From NCBI GenBank assembly GCA_003707115.1, contig PPNB01000011.1, forward strand, positions 1-64,000: a stretch of DNA of 64,000 nucleotides, read 5' to 3'. The position numbers were made by a program, and so were the translations under genes. Within the stretch, counting starts at the first letter, position 1. Each line of letters opens with the position of its first letter. This document shows, piece by piece, positions 62,561 to 64,000 of the stretch. The notes under the pieces were generated by a model. That model did not search any database. It was not told where the DNA came from and saw nothing but the letters and a program-made list of their open reading frames with translations. This DNA is from Tortispora ganteri (lineage: Eukaryota).

Positions 62561-63754
62561 ATGAAAGATCTTGTTGTTTTAGGAGGCTCTTCTCATCCTC
62601 AATTGACGAAGGCTATATGTTCAATATTGAACATTAATGAATCAGAAATGAGTTTGAGCAAGTTCAGCAACGGCGAGACTTCTGTCACAATCAAGGATTC
62701 TGTACGTGACAAGGATGTCTATGTGATTCAATCTGGATGTGGCAGTGTAAATGACAACCTAATGGAATTGTTAATTGCTGTTTCTGCTCTTAAAACTGCA
62801 TCTGCAAGCAAAGTCACAGCTGTTTTACCATTGTTCCCCTACTCCAGACAACCGGACGCCCCATACCGCAAAGTTGGCGCCCCACAACCGACTGCCAGTA
62901 ACAGAGCTGGACTGTACACATTTGATAGTGTTCCTTCTTCGCCTAGGCCGCAAAAATCATTATCATCGCTACAGTCTGATGCTGCACGTAAGCTCTTCTC
63001 TAAGGAACTACGAGACAAGCTGAAATTAGCTGAATCTGTAGATGAAGATGAAGACCCTGATGTCGTCACTGAGACAAATACAGGCTATAGACAATGGGTG
63101 GCACAGGCGGGAACACTTGTTGCCGATTTGCTGGCATGCGCAGGAACAGATCACATTATCACCATGGACTTACACGACCCTCAGTTCCAAGGATTCTTTG
63201 ATATCCCGGTAGACAATCTGTACGGTAAGCCACTGATTCAACGCTACATCACCAACTCAGTTGTCAATTATCAAGACGCCGTAATTGTATCTCCGGATGC
63301 AGGTGGTGCCAAAAGAGCTTCAGTAATTGCTGATGCGCTAGGCATGGATCTTGCCCTGATCCACAAAGAGAGAAAGTCTACAAAGCTCCCCGGCAAGGCC
63401 GCTCCGCTAATGCTCGTCGGAAGCGTCCATGACAGAGTCGCACTCATGATAGACGATCTCATTGATACCTCTGCGACTGTCACAAGAGCTGCCAGACTTT
63501 TGAAATTAAATGGAGCTACTAAAGTGTATTGCTTAGCTACGCACGGTGTATTCTCTGGCGACGCCATTGACCGTGTTCTGCAGTCTGACATTGACAAAGT
63601 GATAATAACGAATTCTGTGCCCCAGCAAAACACAAAAGCTCGTTTAGGCGATCGTCTAGAGGTGGTAGACATATCACCTATATTCGCAGAAGCAATCAGA
63701 CGAATTCACAATGGAGAATCTGTGTCTATGTTGTTCGATTTCAGTTCTATGTGA
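62561..63754 (+). CDS. PRS5: Ribose-phosphate pyrophosphokinase with an internal insertion (Prs5-type)
   Basis: PRPP synthetase motifs (FPYSRQ, ITMDLHD, VSPDAGG, ATHG); ~75-aa insertion after YSRQPD ending in QWVAQAGTL. Confidence 0.85.
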   Translation: MKDLVVLGGSSHPQLTKAICSILNINESEMSLSKFSNGETSVTIKDSVRDKDVYVIQSGCGSVNDNLMELLIAVSALKTASASKVTAVLPLFPYSRQPDAPYRKVGAPQPTASNRAGLYTFDSVPSSPRPQKSLSSLQSDAARKLFSKELRDKLKLAESVDEDEDPDVVTETNTGYRQWVAQAGTLVADLLACAGTDHIITMDLHDPQFQGFFDIPVDNLYGKPLIQRYITNSVVNYQDAVIVSPDAGGAKRASVIADALGMDLALIHKERKSTKLPGKAAPLMLVGSVHDRVALMIDDLIDTSATVTRAARLLKLNGATKVYCLATHGVFSGDAIDRVLQSDIDKVIITNSVPQQNTKARLGDRLEVVDISPIFAEAIRRIHNGESVSMLFDFSSM

Positions 63755-63939
63755 GATTAACTATTTATAATTAGGTGTTTTATGCTCATCTTATTTTCTA
63801 CTCGTCTTTCAATCTCCATAATAATTTAATATTGAATGATCAGAAAGATATATAAAAAAGAAGTCCAGAGTTGTTAGGGATAGTTAATTGTAGATTCTTC
63901 CATCATGTAAATCGTCGCAATTGTCTTTTTTCCTTCTTT

Positions 63940-63999
63940 TTAATTTTCAGATTTGCGACGTTTCTTCTCTTCCTTCTTTAACTTCTTCAACTCTTTGCT
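63940..63999 (-). CDS. Partial: Lys/Glu-rich C-terminus of a gene lying mostly beyond the window
   Basis: Reads SKELKKLKKEEKKRRKSEN* to TAA at 63940-63942. Confidence 0.45.
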   Translation of the reverse strand, partial: SKELKKLKKEEKKRRKSEN

Positions 64000-64000
64000 A

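Overview
Compact, intron-poor eukaryotic DNA that looks like a budding yeast (Saccharomycotina). It uses the standard genetic code (CTG sits at conserved Leu positions, e.g. Cdc42 KTCLLI) and retains a respiratory complex I subunit. About 33 protein-coding genes are mostly housekeeping (LEA1, GAS3, LRP1, ATH1, ARP9, CDC9, CDC42, SAS3-like, FBP1, APC1, VPS41, SPT10, COG8, VMA6, SPB4, PRS5 and others), plus an intron-containing tRNA-Ile(UAU). The main hidden structure is in the ORF-free gap at about 39.3-40.7 kb: a non-coding, six-intron host transcript with one box C/D snoRNA per intron (snR78, 77, 76, 75, 74, 73 by their rRNA-complementary guides) and 7-8 nt micro-exons. Other notable items are a decaying tandem duplication of an unrecognised Cys/Ser/Thr-rich gene pair at the window start, a probable CUG-initiated mitochondrial isoform of DNA ligase I, and a YTH protein that appears to lack part of the m6A aromatic cage. 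All calls come from reading the sequence and recalled family motifs; no searches were run.
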